From an uncultured Butyricicoccus sp. (GTDB lineage Bacteria > Bacillota > Clostridia > Oscillospirales > Butyricicoccaceae), in NCBI GenBank assembly GCA_959018045.1, contig CAUEJN010000002.1, positions 3,577-67,576 of the forward strand: a DNA stretch of 64,000 nt, written 5' to 3'. The notes under the pieces are model-generated. The model was not told the DNA's origin. It saw only the letters and a list, made by a program, of their open reading frames with translations, and made no database searches. The position numbers were made by a program, and so were the translations under genes. Of this stretch, positions 24,372 to 32,963 are shown one piece after another (within the stretch, counting starts at the first letter, position 1; every line of letters starts with the position of its first letter).

Positions 24372-24402
24372 AAGGGGATGGCCGCGAGCCATCCCCTTTT
24401 TT
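24372..24402 (+). terminator. Terminator-like hairpin between YbjN genes and sensor kinase
   Basis: AAGGGGATGGC-CGCGA-GCCATCCCCTT followed by TTTT. Confidence 0.7.
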
Positions 24403-24437
24403 GTCCCTATATTGAAGAATCAGGAGGCAAAAACGAT

Positions 24438-25991
24438 ATGCCCGAGCGATTTTTAAACAGCCTGTCGCTGCGATTTGCGCGGATGCGGTCGGTCAAAGTG
24501 AAGTTTTTCGCGGCGATTGCGGCGGTGGCGGTGGTGTTCATCCTGGTGATTACCAGTCTGAATCTGTTTTTTTACGAGAGTTATTACATGGCGCAGCGAC
24601 AGAATTCGCTGACCGAGATTTACGAGGAAGTGCGTACGAGCTATCGTGCGGGTGATTCCGAAGCCTTTCTGGACGTATTGTTTCGGATTGAGAACAGCGA
24701 CAGCGTGCGCCTGAGCATCATCGACGGGACCGGACAGATGATCTACGACTCAGACACAGCGCAGCAGAGCCAGAGTATTTTTGGCCACAACGTGTTTGCC
24801 AACTGGCGCATGGAGCAGCTGGTGAAGTCGGCGCTGGCGGCTGCCGACCCCAAGAAGCTGAACGCGGGCGAGGTAGACTTTGTGGCTGTCCAGATGCGCG
24901 ATCTGCGCGAGAATTTCCTGTGTCTGGTGGGCAAACTGGGCGACGATTACCTGGTCGAGCGCGTCCCGTTCACATATATGAAGCAAAATTCCATGTTCAA
25001 CATGACCTTTTTGGTCATCACGGGCCTGGTGACCCTGCTCATCTGCCTGGCGCTGAGTGCATTTTTGGCGTCGCACTTCACCAAGCCGCTCATCGAGATG
25101 GGCGAGGTGGCCAAGGCGATGACCCGGCTGGACTTTTCCAAGAAATACGAGGGCAGGCGCACCGACGAGATCGGGCAGCTGGGCGAGTCGCTCAACCTGC
25201 TGTCCGACCATCTGGAGGAATCCATCCGCGAGCTGCGCACGTCCAACCGGAAGCTGGCCGAGGAGATCAAGAAGAAGGAACAGGTTGACGAGATGCGCCG
25301 TGAGTTTATCATCAACGTCTCGCACGAGCTGAAAACGCCCATCGCCCTCATTCAGGGCTATGCCGAGGGTCTGACGGCCGGGGTAGCCGAGTCGCCCGAA
25401 GACCGTGACTTCTATTGCACGACGATTGCCGAGGAAGCCGACCGCATGAACACCATGGTGAGCCAGCTTTTGAGCCTGTCGCGTCTGGAACTGGGACGCG
25501 AGAGCGTGCAGAGCGAGCCGGTCGACCTGGGCGAGTGCATGCGGCGTGCGGTGGACAAGACGGCGGTGCTGCGCACCGGACGTGACCTGACCGTGACCTG
25601 TACGGGCAGCGTGACGATTGAGAGCGACGCGCACCAGATCGACCAGATTATTATGAACTACATGACAAACGCCATTCGGTACACGCCGGACGGCGGACAC
25701 ATTGCGCTGAGCGTGCAGCGCACCGCGCAGGGCGGTGCCAAGGTGATCGTGTTCAACGAGGGCGAGGGCGTGGCCGAGGAAGAGCTGCCCCGCCTGTGGG
25801 ATAAGTTCTACCGAACGGACAAGGCGCGTTCCCGCGCGTCGGGCGGAACGGGTGTCGGCCTGTCCATCGTGCGCGCGTCGGCTGCACTTCTGGGCGGCAC
25901 AACGGGTGCGGAAAACGTACCGGGAGGCATCCAGTTCTGGGTTGAACTTCCAGCATGTGTGCACGTACCCGCAAACCTGTCCGAGACATGA
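24438..25991 (+). CDS. Sensor histidine kinase (2 TM, HAMP, HisKA, HATPase)
   Basis: NVSHELKTP H-box, NAIRY N-box, FYRTDKAR, GTGVGLSIV. Confidence 0.95.
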   Translation: MPERFLNSLSLRFARMRSVKVKFFAAIAAVAVVFILVITSLNLFFYESYYMAQRQNSLTEIYEEVRTSYRAGDSEAFLDVLFRIENSDSVRLSIIDGTGQMIYDSDTAQQSQSIFGHNVFANWRMEQLVKSALAAADPKKLNAGEVDFVAVQMRDLRENFLCLVGKLGDDYLVERVPFTYMKQNSMFNMTFLVITGLVTLLICLALSAFLASHFTKPLIEMGEVAKAMTRLDFSKKYEGRRTDEIGQLGESLNLLSDHLEESIRELRTSNRKLAEEIKKKEQVDEMRREFIINVSHELKTPIALIQGYAEGLTAGVAESPEDRDFYCTTIAEEADRMNTMVSQLLSLSRLELGRESVQSEPVDLGECMRRAVDKTAVLRTGRDLTVTCTGSVTIESDAHQIDQIIMNYMTNAIRYTPDGGHIALSVQRTAQGGAKVIVFNEGEGVAEEELPRLWDKFYRTDKARSRASGGTGVGLSIVRASAALLGGTTGAENVPGGIQFWVELPACVHVPANLSET

Positions 25992-26097
25992 CCGCCTTTT
26001 CATCAAGAATTACCCAAACCCCACAACTTGTTGCAAATTTGCAGCTATATGCAACGAGAACCTATAATTTTTACACAAAGAAATACGCGTTAAATTC

Positions 26098-26125
26098 TTG
26101 ACAATCTTTTTCCCAGCAGTATAAT
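26098..26125 (+). promoter_or_regulatory. Consensus sigma-A promoter of bcd-etfBA
   Basis: TTGACA-16 bp-TATAAT. Confidence 0.8.
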
Positions 26126-26296
26126 GATTATAGATGTGCCAAAAACGCACGTTACCAAAACCATACCGCAAGACCCGTATCTTTTCGGTCTGCCCAGCGT
26201 TCTGCACGCGCCCAAACGTTCCGGGCGGCAGGCGTGCGGCACGCAGGTGTGGACTGTTACACAAATTTGAACAATTTATTTGGGAGGTTTCATAGC

Positions 26297-27442
26297 ATGG
26301 ATTTTAGGCTTACCAAAGAGCAGGAAATGATGCAGAAGCTCTGCCGCGAGTTCGCGGTTAACGAGATCGAGCCCCTCGCGGCTGAGATCGACGCAGAAGA
26401 GCGTTATCCCTGGGAGACCGTTCGCAAGCTGCAGAAGTACGGCCTGCTGGGCATTCAGTTCCCCAAGGAGCTGGGCGGCTCCGGCGGCGACAACATCTGC
26501 TACACCATCGCCATCGAGGAAGCATCCAAGTTCTGCGGCACGACCGGCTGTATCCTGTCGTCCCACGCAACCCTCTGCTGCTGGCCGATCTTCAAGTACG
26601 GCACCCCGGAGCAGAAGGAAAAGTGGCTCCGCCCGCTGATTTCCGGCCAGAAGGTTGGCGCATTCGGTCTGACCGAACCCAATGCCGGCACCGACTCCGC
26701 TGCTCAGCAGACCATCGCTGAGAAGCAGGAAGACGGCTCCTACATCATCAACGGCTCTAAGGTCTTCATCACCGGCGCAGGCTGCGCTGATACTTACGTC
26801 ATCTTCGCTATGACCGATAAGTCCAAGGGCAACAAGGGCATTTCTGCCTTCATCGTAGACAAGGACGATCCGGGCTTCTCCATCGGCAAGATCGAGCACA
26901 AGATGGGTATCCGCGGCTCCCAGACCGGCGAGCTGATCTTCGAGGATATGCGTCTGCCGGCTGACCGTCTGCTGGGCAAGGAGAACGGCGGCTTCAAGAT
27001 CGCTATGACCACCCTCGACGGCGGCCGTATCGGTATCGCTGCACAGGCACTGGGTATCGCTCAGGGCGCACTGGACAAGGCAATCGCTTACATGAAGGAG
27101 CGCGTACAGTTCGGCAAGCCGATCGCTACCAAGCAGGGTCTGCAGTGGATGGTAGCCGACATGGCAACCGAAATCGAGGCAGCTCGTCTGCTGGTTCGCC
27201 GCGCTGCATTCAACAAGGATCATGACATCCCCTACACCAAGGAAGCCGCTATGGCAAAGCTGTATGCTGCAGAGGTTGCTATGAAGGTCACCACCCAGTG
27301 TGTTCAGATCTTCGGCGGCTACGGCTACACCCGTGAGTATCCGGTAGAGCGCATGATGCGTGATGCTAAGATCACCGAGATCTACGAGGGTACTTCTCAG
27401 GTACAGCGTATGGTCATTTCCGGCCAGGTTATCGGCAAGTAA
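26297..27442 (+). CDS. bcd: Butyryl-CoA (acyl-CoA) dehydrogenase
   Basis: FGLTEPNAGTD, GGRIGIAAQALG, RDAKITEIYEGT; followed by etfB and etfA. Confidence 0.9.
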   Translation: MDFRLTKEQEMMQKLCREFAVNEIEPLAAEIDAEERYPWETVRKLQKYGLLGIQFPKELGGSGGDNICYTIAIEEASKFCGTTGCILSSHATLCCWPIFKYGTPEQKEKWLRPLISGQKVGAFGLTEPNAGTDSAAQQTIAEKQEDGSYIINGSKVFITGAGCADTYVIFAMTDKSKGNKGISAFIVDKDDPGFSIGKIEHKMGIRGSQTGELIFEDMRLPADRLLGKENGGFKIAMTTLDGGRIGIAAQALGIAQGALDKAIAYMKERVQFGKPIATKQGLQWMVADMATEIEAARLLVRRAAFNKDHDIPYTKEAAMAKLYAAEVAMKVTTQCVQIFGGYGYTREYPVERMMRDAKITEIYEGTSQVQRMVISGQVIGK

Positions 27443-27466
27443 GACTTAAGGAGGATTTACTGAATT

Positions 27467-28267
27467 ATGAAAGCTATCGTTTGCGTAAAGCAGGTTCCTG
27501 ATACCTCCGGTAAGGTTGCAGTTAATCCGGACGGCACCCTAAACCGCGCCTCCATGGCGACCATCATCAACCCGGATGACAAGAATGCAGTCGAGGCTGC
27601 ACTGACCCTGAAGGACAACACCGGCTGCGAAGTTGTTGTTGTTACCATGGGTCCCCCTCCGGCAGAGGGCATGCTGCGTGAGCTGCTCGCAATGGGCGCA
27701 GACCGCGGTGTACTGGTATCCGCACGTGAGTTCGGCGGTTCCGATACCTTTGCAACTTCCCAGATTCTGGCAGCTGCAATCAAGAAGATCGGCGTAGACG
27801 CTGAGGACGTTGTATTCTGCGGCCGTCAGGCAATCGACGGTGATACCGCACAGGTAGGCTCTCAGATCGCTGAGAAGCTGAACATCCCGCAGATCTCCTA
27901 CGCAGCAGACGTCAAGGTTGAGGGCAAGAAGGTAACCGTTAAGCGTATGCTGGAAGACGGCTACATGACCATCGAGACCCAGACTCCCTGCCTGCTGACC
28001 TGCATCAAGGAGCTCAACGAGCCCCGTTACATGTCTGTTGGCGGTATCTTCGACTGCTACCAGAAGCCGGTAGAAGTATACGATTACAACACCCTGAAGG
28101 ATGATCCGCTGATCGAGGTAGACACCATCGGTCTGAAGGGCTCTCCGACCAACATCTTCAAGTCCTTCACGCCTCCGCAGAAGGGCCAGGGCCGCATGCT
28201 GGAAGGCGCAGACAAGAACACTGCTGCCGAGCTGGCTGCAGAGCTGCTGAAGAAGCACATCATCTGA
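27467..28267 (+). CDS. etfB: Electron transfer flavoprotein beta subunit
   Basis: CVKQVPDT, GSDTFATS, GRQAIDGDTAQVG. Confidence 0.96.
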   Translation: MKAIVCVKQVPDTSGKVAVNPDGTLNRASMATIINPDDKNAVEAALTLKDNTGCEVVVVTMGPPPAEGMLRELLAMGADRGVLVSAREFGGSDTFATSQILAAAIKKIGVDAEDVVFCGRQAIDGDTAQVGSQIAEKLNIPQISYAADVKVEGKKVTVKRMLEDGYMTIETQTPCLLTCIKELNEPRYMSVGGIFDCYQKPVEVYDYNTLKDDPLIEVDTIGLKGSPTNIFKSFTPPQKGQGRMLEGADKNTAAELAAELLKKHII

Positions 28268-28286
28268 TTGAAAGGGGATACTTACA

Positions 28287-29396
28287 ATGGCTGAATTTAA
28301 CAATACCAATCTGGCTGATTTCTCCGGCGTATGGGTATTCTGCGAGCAGCGCCAGGGCGAGCTGCAGCCGACCGTGCTGGAGCTGATCTCCGAGGCACGC
28401 AAGCTGGCTGACGACATGGGCGTAGAGGTTTGCGGCCTGCTGCTGGGCGACAAGGTCGAGGGCATGGCTAAGGAGCTGGGCGCATACGGTGCTGATAAGG
28501 TATACGTTTGCGACGATCCGGCACTGGCAACCTACACCACCGACGCATACGCAAAGGTTATCTGCGACGTCGTCATGGAGAAGAAGCCTGAGATCATGCT
28601 GATCGCAGCAACCAACATTGGCCGCGATCTGGGTCCGCGCTGCGCAGCTCGTCTGCACACCGGTCTGACCGCAGACTGCACCCATCTGGATGTCGATGTA
28701 GAGAAGTACATCGCATTCCTGAAGGAGAACTCCACTCTGCCTGAGGCACAGTATGCTTCCATCAACAAGGAAGACCGCAACCTGAAGATGACCCGTCCGG
28801 CATTCGGCGGTCACCTGATGGCAACCATCATCTGCCCCCGTTTCCGTCCCCAGATGGCAACCGTTCGTCCGGGCGTACTGAAGAAGGGCGAGTACAACGA
28901 GGAGAAGGCAAACGCAGTAGTTGTTGAGAAGCTGCCGGTAGCAATCTCTGAGGCTGACATCAAGACCCGCGTTCTGGAAGTCGTCAAGGAGGCGAAGGAG
29001 CTGGTTGACCTGACCGGCGCTGAGGTAGTCGTATCCGTTGGCCGTGGTATTTCCAAGGACGTTGAGAAGGGCATCGAGCTGGCTAAGGAGCTGGCAGCAG
29101 AGTTCGGCGGCGTACTGGGCGGTTCCCGTGCAGCAATCGACTCCGGCTGGCTGACCGCTGACCACCAGGTTGGTCAGACTGGTAAGACCGTACATCCGAA
29201 GCTGTACATTGCTCTGGGTATCTCGGGCGCAATCCAGCACAAGGCTGGTATGCAGGATTCCGAGTGCATCGTAGCGGTGAACAAGAACGACACCGCTCCG
29301 ATCTTTGACGTAGCTGATTACGGTATCTGCGGCGACCTGTTCAAGGTAGTTCCGCTGATGATCGAGGCAATCCGCGCTGCAAAGGCTGGCAAGTAA
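28287..29396 (+). CDS. etfA: Electron transfer flavoprotein alpha subunit
   Basis: GLTADCT, QVGQTGKTV, GISGAIQH. Confidence 0.96.
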   Translation: MAEFNNTNLADFSGVWVFCEQRQGELQPTVLELISEARKLADDMGVEVCGLLLGDKVEGMAKELGAYGADKVYVCDDPALATYTTDAYAKVICDVVMEKKPEIMLIAATNIGRDLGPRCAARLHTGLTADCTHLDVDVEKYIAFLKENSTLPEAQYASINKEDRNLKMTRPAFGGHLMATIICPRFRPQMATVRPGVLKKGEYNEEKANAVVVEKLPVAISEADIKTRVLEVVKEAKELVDLTGAEVVVSVGRGISKDVEKGIELAKELAAEFGGVLGGSRAAIDSGWLTADHQVGQTGKTVHPKLYIALGISGAIQHKAGMQDSECIVAVNKNDTAPIFDVADYGICGDLFKVVPLMIEAIRAAKAGK

Positions 29397-29406
29397 GATT
29401 GAATCG

Positions 29407-29442
29407 AAAATCCCCGAGGAGAAATCCCCGGGGATTTTTTTG
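29407..29442 (+). terminator. Intrinsic terminator after etfA
   Basis: AAAATCCCCG..CGGGGATTTTTTT. Confidence 0.8.
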
Positions 29443-29449
29443 TAACGGA

Positions 29450-29833
29450 AAGCACCGCACCCCTAATTGAAGTTTGGATCAAACCTTTTCAAAGGTTTGC
29501 GGGTTCTCAGGGCAGAGCCCTGAGTCGGACTCCGCAGAGTCCGAAACTCCCCTTTTGAAACCCGGTGTCCGCCCCGGGTTTCAATCAAAACAAGCCAAAG
29601 AGGAAAGACCGTCCCTTCGGACGGTCTTTCCCATGAGCGCACTTTGTGCGCGAAGTATTGCGCGTCTACGGACGCGCTTTTTTATTATTTTTTAGTTGAT
29701 TTTCCCTCGCGGGAGATCGGGAAAATCAAAAGGGGATTTCGCCCGTTGCGACGGGCGACTCAGGGCTCTGCCCTGAGAACCCGCAGCCTTTCGAGAAAGG
29801 CTGGCGAAAGCTTCAGTGATTGGTGCGGTGCTT
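29450..29833. repeat. Modular hairpin repeat copy R7 (two inverted arms, AAGCACCGCACC terminal inverted repeat)
   Basis: AAGCACCGCACC at left end and GGTGCGGTGCTT at right end; standard modules. Confidence 0.95.
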
Positions 29834-29836
29834 GAG

Positions 29837-30544
29837 TTAACCTCCATGTCTCACTCCACACACCGGGCACAGTGGTCGTCTCGCGTCGATCATCTGATGC
29901 AAGGCATCGAGTGCATCCGACAGACTACCCACCTGATCGATGAGACCACACGCGACGGCCTCCTCCCCTGACACGATGGTACCGGTATCCGCGGACAATT
30001 CCGCCGTCTCCATCATCATTCTGGTGAATTCCTTGGCCGAGACGTGACTGTGTGCGGTGATAAACCCGACAATCCGCTCCTGAATCTTCTGAAAATAGGT
30101 GTAAGTCTGGGGTGAAGCGATAACCGTACCACTCATGCGTACGGGATGGATGGTCATAGCAGCCGAGGGTGCGATAAACGAGCGTTTGGCCGCGACGGCG
30201 AGGGGTACGCCGATGGAGTGGCCGCCGCCGAGGACGAGGGAAACAGTAGGCTTTCGCATCCCCGCGATCAGTTCAGCAATGGCGAGGCCGGCTTCCACAT
30301 CGCCGCCCACCGTATTGAGCAGTACGAGCAGGCCGTCGATCTCGTCGGACTCCTCAACCGCGGTAATTTGAGGGATAATGTGTTCGTATTTGGTGGTTTT
30401 GGTCTGCTGGGGCGCTTCCATGTGGCCTTCGATTTGGCCAACGATGGTGATGGAGTGGATGACACCGCGGCGGGTGTGCGAGGTGACCGAGCCGGTCTGG
30501 GCGATGTTATCCACAGGTGTGGACGATTGGGCTTCCTGATCCAT
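29837..30544 (-). CDS. tepA: ClpP-like protease TepA (YmfB)
   Basis: GQIEGH, KTTKYEHIIPQ, NTVGGDVEAGLA, GGGHSIGVP, MTIHPVR. Confidence 0.9.
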   Translation of the reverse strand: MDQEAQSSTPVDNIAQTGSVTSHTRRGVIHSITIVGQIEGHMEAPQQTKTTKYEHIIPQITAVEESDEIDGLLVLLNTVGGDVEAGLAIAELIAGMRKPTVSLVLGGGHSIGVPLAVAAKRSFIAPSAAMTIHPVRMSGTVIASPQTYTYFQKIQERIVGFITAHSHVSAKEFTRMMMETAELSADTGTIVSGEEAVACGLIDQVGSLSDALDALHQMIDARRPLCPVCGVRHGG

Positions 30545-30616
30545 AGCGAAAAAAACCTCCTTGCAAGTAGTGGCGAAAACTGGGATGCAGGCGGCGCGCC
30601 GCCGGGCATCATTTGA

Positions 30617-30646
30617 TATTGTGCGCGGAAATGGACGATTTTACGC
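30617..30646 (-). promoter_or_regulatory. Possible sigma-G-type promoter for tepA
   Basis: GCGTA-18 bp-CACAATA on minus strand resembles the forespore sigma-G consensus; tepA is a sporulation-associated gene in Bacillus. Confidence 0.35.
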
Positions 30647-30696
30647 TCTGTATACCTGTTTTTTTGTGATTTTGTACGTTTGTTCGCATTAACTTA

Positions 30697-30993
30697 GAGT
30701 TATCAACAATGTCCACAAAGTTATCCACAGAGAAGATGTGTATTGTGGAAAAAATAGGTTATACCATAAGTAATGAAAAAAGGGTCAATTTCCGTGGAAA
30801 AAAGGCGATGATAACGTCGAGTTATCAACAATGTCCACAGAGTTATCCACAAACGGGGAGGGACAGAAAGCGGCAGGAAACTATACGAAAGGTAATGAAT
30901 CGGGAACAGAAGCGGGAAAAACAGAGCGTTCGACAGAAAGCCTCAACCGAAAGTTATCAACAATGTCCACAGGTTTATCCACAGTTATCCACA
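30697..30993 (+). promoter_or_regulatory. DnaA-box cluster: three copies of a TTATCAACA-ATGTCCACA-N3-TTATCCACA trio
   Basis: Perfect TTATCCACA at 30721, 30843, 30975 and 30985; TTATCAACA at 30700, 30822 and 30954. Confidence 0.85.
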
Positions 30994-31169
30994 GACCGAT
31001 GCAGCCTTTCGTAACAAAAAATTTGCAAAAACTTTCGGATTTCGTAGATTCTGCTGAACAACTATGATATAGTTATATTTATAAAAAGAACGCCCGACGC
31101 CATCGGGGAATGTATCCAAATAGGGATGCGTCTATGCATCAGAAAAATACAGGGAATGGAGAATAAGAT

Positions 31170-32390
31170 ATGCCTATGGTGGAAGTCCGCATGCTGGGAC
31201 GTTTCGAAATCTATGTGGACGATCAGCTGGTCAGCGGTCAGATTGGCCGATCGAAAAAGCTAAAACATCTGGCCGAATACCTGATCCTCAACCACGACCG
31301 CGCCGTGCCGAATGACGAGATTATTGAGGCGCTGTGGCCGGGACAGGAGAGCAAGAATCCGCGCAATGCGCTGAAGATTCTGGTGCATCGTCTGCGCATG
31401 ACGCTTGCAGCAGGCGGCGCGCCGGAAGACATGGAGTTCATCATTGCCCGTCAGCGTTCGTGCCGCTGGAATCCGGCGCTGGACTGCATTTATGACTTCG
31501 AGCACTTCGAGGCACTGTGCACGGCAGGCCTGTCCGGCCGCGCGAGTGAGGAGACCGCACGCGTGCGTCTGCTGGACGCGTGCAAGCGCTATCGCGGACG
31601 ATTTTTGGCGGATGCAGCCGGAGAGCTGTGGGCATCCGGCCCCGAAATCCGCATGCACACCTATTACCTGCGCGCGGTGCATCGCCTGATCGAGATTCTG
31701 CGCGGCCGCGGACAGTTCGACCAGATCATCGAGCTGTGCCGGGACGCCCTGGAGATCGACCAGATGGACGAGTCCATCAACCGCGAGCTGATTTTTGCAC
31801 TGGCTGAGAGCGGCCGCAATCAGGAGGCCATCCAGCATTATAACCAGATTACCGAGCTTTACTACAACCAGCTCGGCGTGCAGCCGTCCGAGGAACTGCG
31901 CGGCCTGTACCACCGTATCGCAGCGGTGGAACGCAAAGTGGGTGCGGATATCGACTCGATCTGCGCCGATCTGCGCGAGAGCGATACCCAGCCGGGTGCA
32001 TTTGTGTGCCCGTATGAGATTTTCAAGGATATTTACCGCTTGGAAGCGCGCAGCCTGGCACGTTACGGCGGCAGAGCGTTCATCGGTCTGCTGACCGTCA
32101 CCGATAACCGCGTTTGCCAGCCGGAAAGCCGTGTGCTGGCTAAGGTTATGGAACGCCTGATCGAGAGCGCACGCATGAGCCTGCGCCGCGGCGATATGAT
32201 CGCCAGATATAGCCCGGCTCAGATCGTGGTTATGCTGCCTACGGTCACGTATGAAATGGGCCAGATGGTGTGCGAACGCCTGACCCGTAACTTTAAGCGT
32301 GAAAATCCGGCGATGAACGTCGCAATCTCGTATAATTTGAGACCGATGGAACCGCCTCGCGCAAGTGATAAAGAAGAATATCACATGTAA
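31170..32390 (+). CDS. SARP/BTAD-family transcriptional regulator with C-terminal degenerate GGDEF-like domain
   Basis: N-terminal LGRFEI and winged helix, BTAD/TPR region, C-terminal LRRGDMIARYS..VVMLP lacking GGDEF. Confidence 0.85.
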   Translation: MPMVEVRMLGRFEIYVDDQLVSGQIGRSKKLKHLAEYLILNHDRAVPNDEIIEALWPGQESKNPRNALKILVHRLRMTLAAGGAPEDMEFIIARQRSCRWNPALDCIYDFEHFEALCTAGLSGRASEETARVRLLDACKRYRGRFLADAAGELWASGPEIRMHTYYLRAVHRLIEILRGRGQFDQIIELCRDALEIDQMDESINRELIFALAESGRNQEAIQHYNQITELYYNQLGVQPSEELRGLYHRIAAVERKVGADIDSICADLRESDTQPGAFVCPYEIFKDIYRLEARSLARYGGRAFIGLLTVTDNRVCQPESRVLAKVMERLIESARMSLRRGDMIARYSPAQIVVMLPTVTYEMGQMVCERLTRNFKRENPAMNVAISYNLRPMEPPRASDKEEYHM

Positions 32391-32397
32391 GATTACC

Positions 32398-32712
32398 CAC
32401 CGCATCAATCCCGCCCGCAGGCGAAATAAAGCTTTCGCCAGCCTTTCTCGAAAGGCTGCGGGTTCTCAGGGCAGAGCCCTGAGTCGGACTCCGCAGAGTC
32501 CGAAATCCCCTTTTGAAACCCGGTGTCCGACCCGGGTTTCAACAAAAAATAAAAAAGAAGCGCGTCCGCAGACGCGCAACTCCCCTTGATTCCCGGTGTC
32601 CGACCCGGGAATCAACCAAACTAAAAACATAAGCGCGACCCGCAGGTCGCGCAATCCCCTGCGCGTCAAACGCGCTCATAGAAAACCGTTCCCGCAAGGG
32701 GACGGTTTTCTC
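32398..32712 (+). repeat. Modular hairpin repeat copy R8 (single arm, internal module duplicated)
   Basis: CACCGCA..ATCCCGCCCGCAGGCG start; two TTGA..TCAA units. Confidence 0.95.
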
Positions 32713-32963
32713 CTTTTCTCCCCTTTCCCGCTCTCCTCCCTCACCCTAACCCGCTCCCAATCCGAAACCCCTTTTCCACTCTCCACCCCCCACTTTTTCA
32801 TCCTCCCCTTCCACCCCAAATCATAACATTTCATACCCTTTATCCCTTTATTTCTTTATCACATCATCGTTAAAGCAACTTCAAGCTTATCCCTTGAATG
32901 ATGCAATAAGCTGTGCTAGAATAGAGCCACGCGGTGTGATTTCCGCAGAAGGGATAACAAACA

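Noticed and set aside
30697..30993. DnaA-box trio as a mini CRISPR or as oriC
   Set aside because: Repeat consists of DnaA boxes, is non-palindromic and has about 90-100 bp spacers; no dnaA-dnaN context for oriC, although GC skew could not be computed. The overlapping short ORFs are by-products.
31090..31150. Possible c-di-GMP riboswitch before the BTAD regulator
   Set aside because: Only two small hairpins; conserved class I or II motifs not found.
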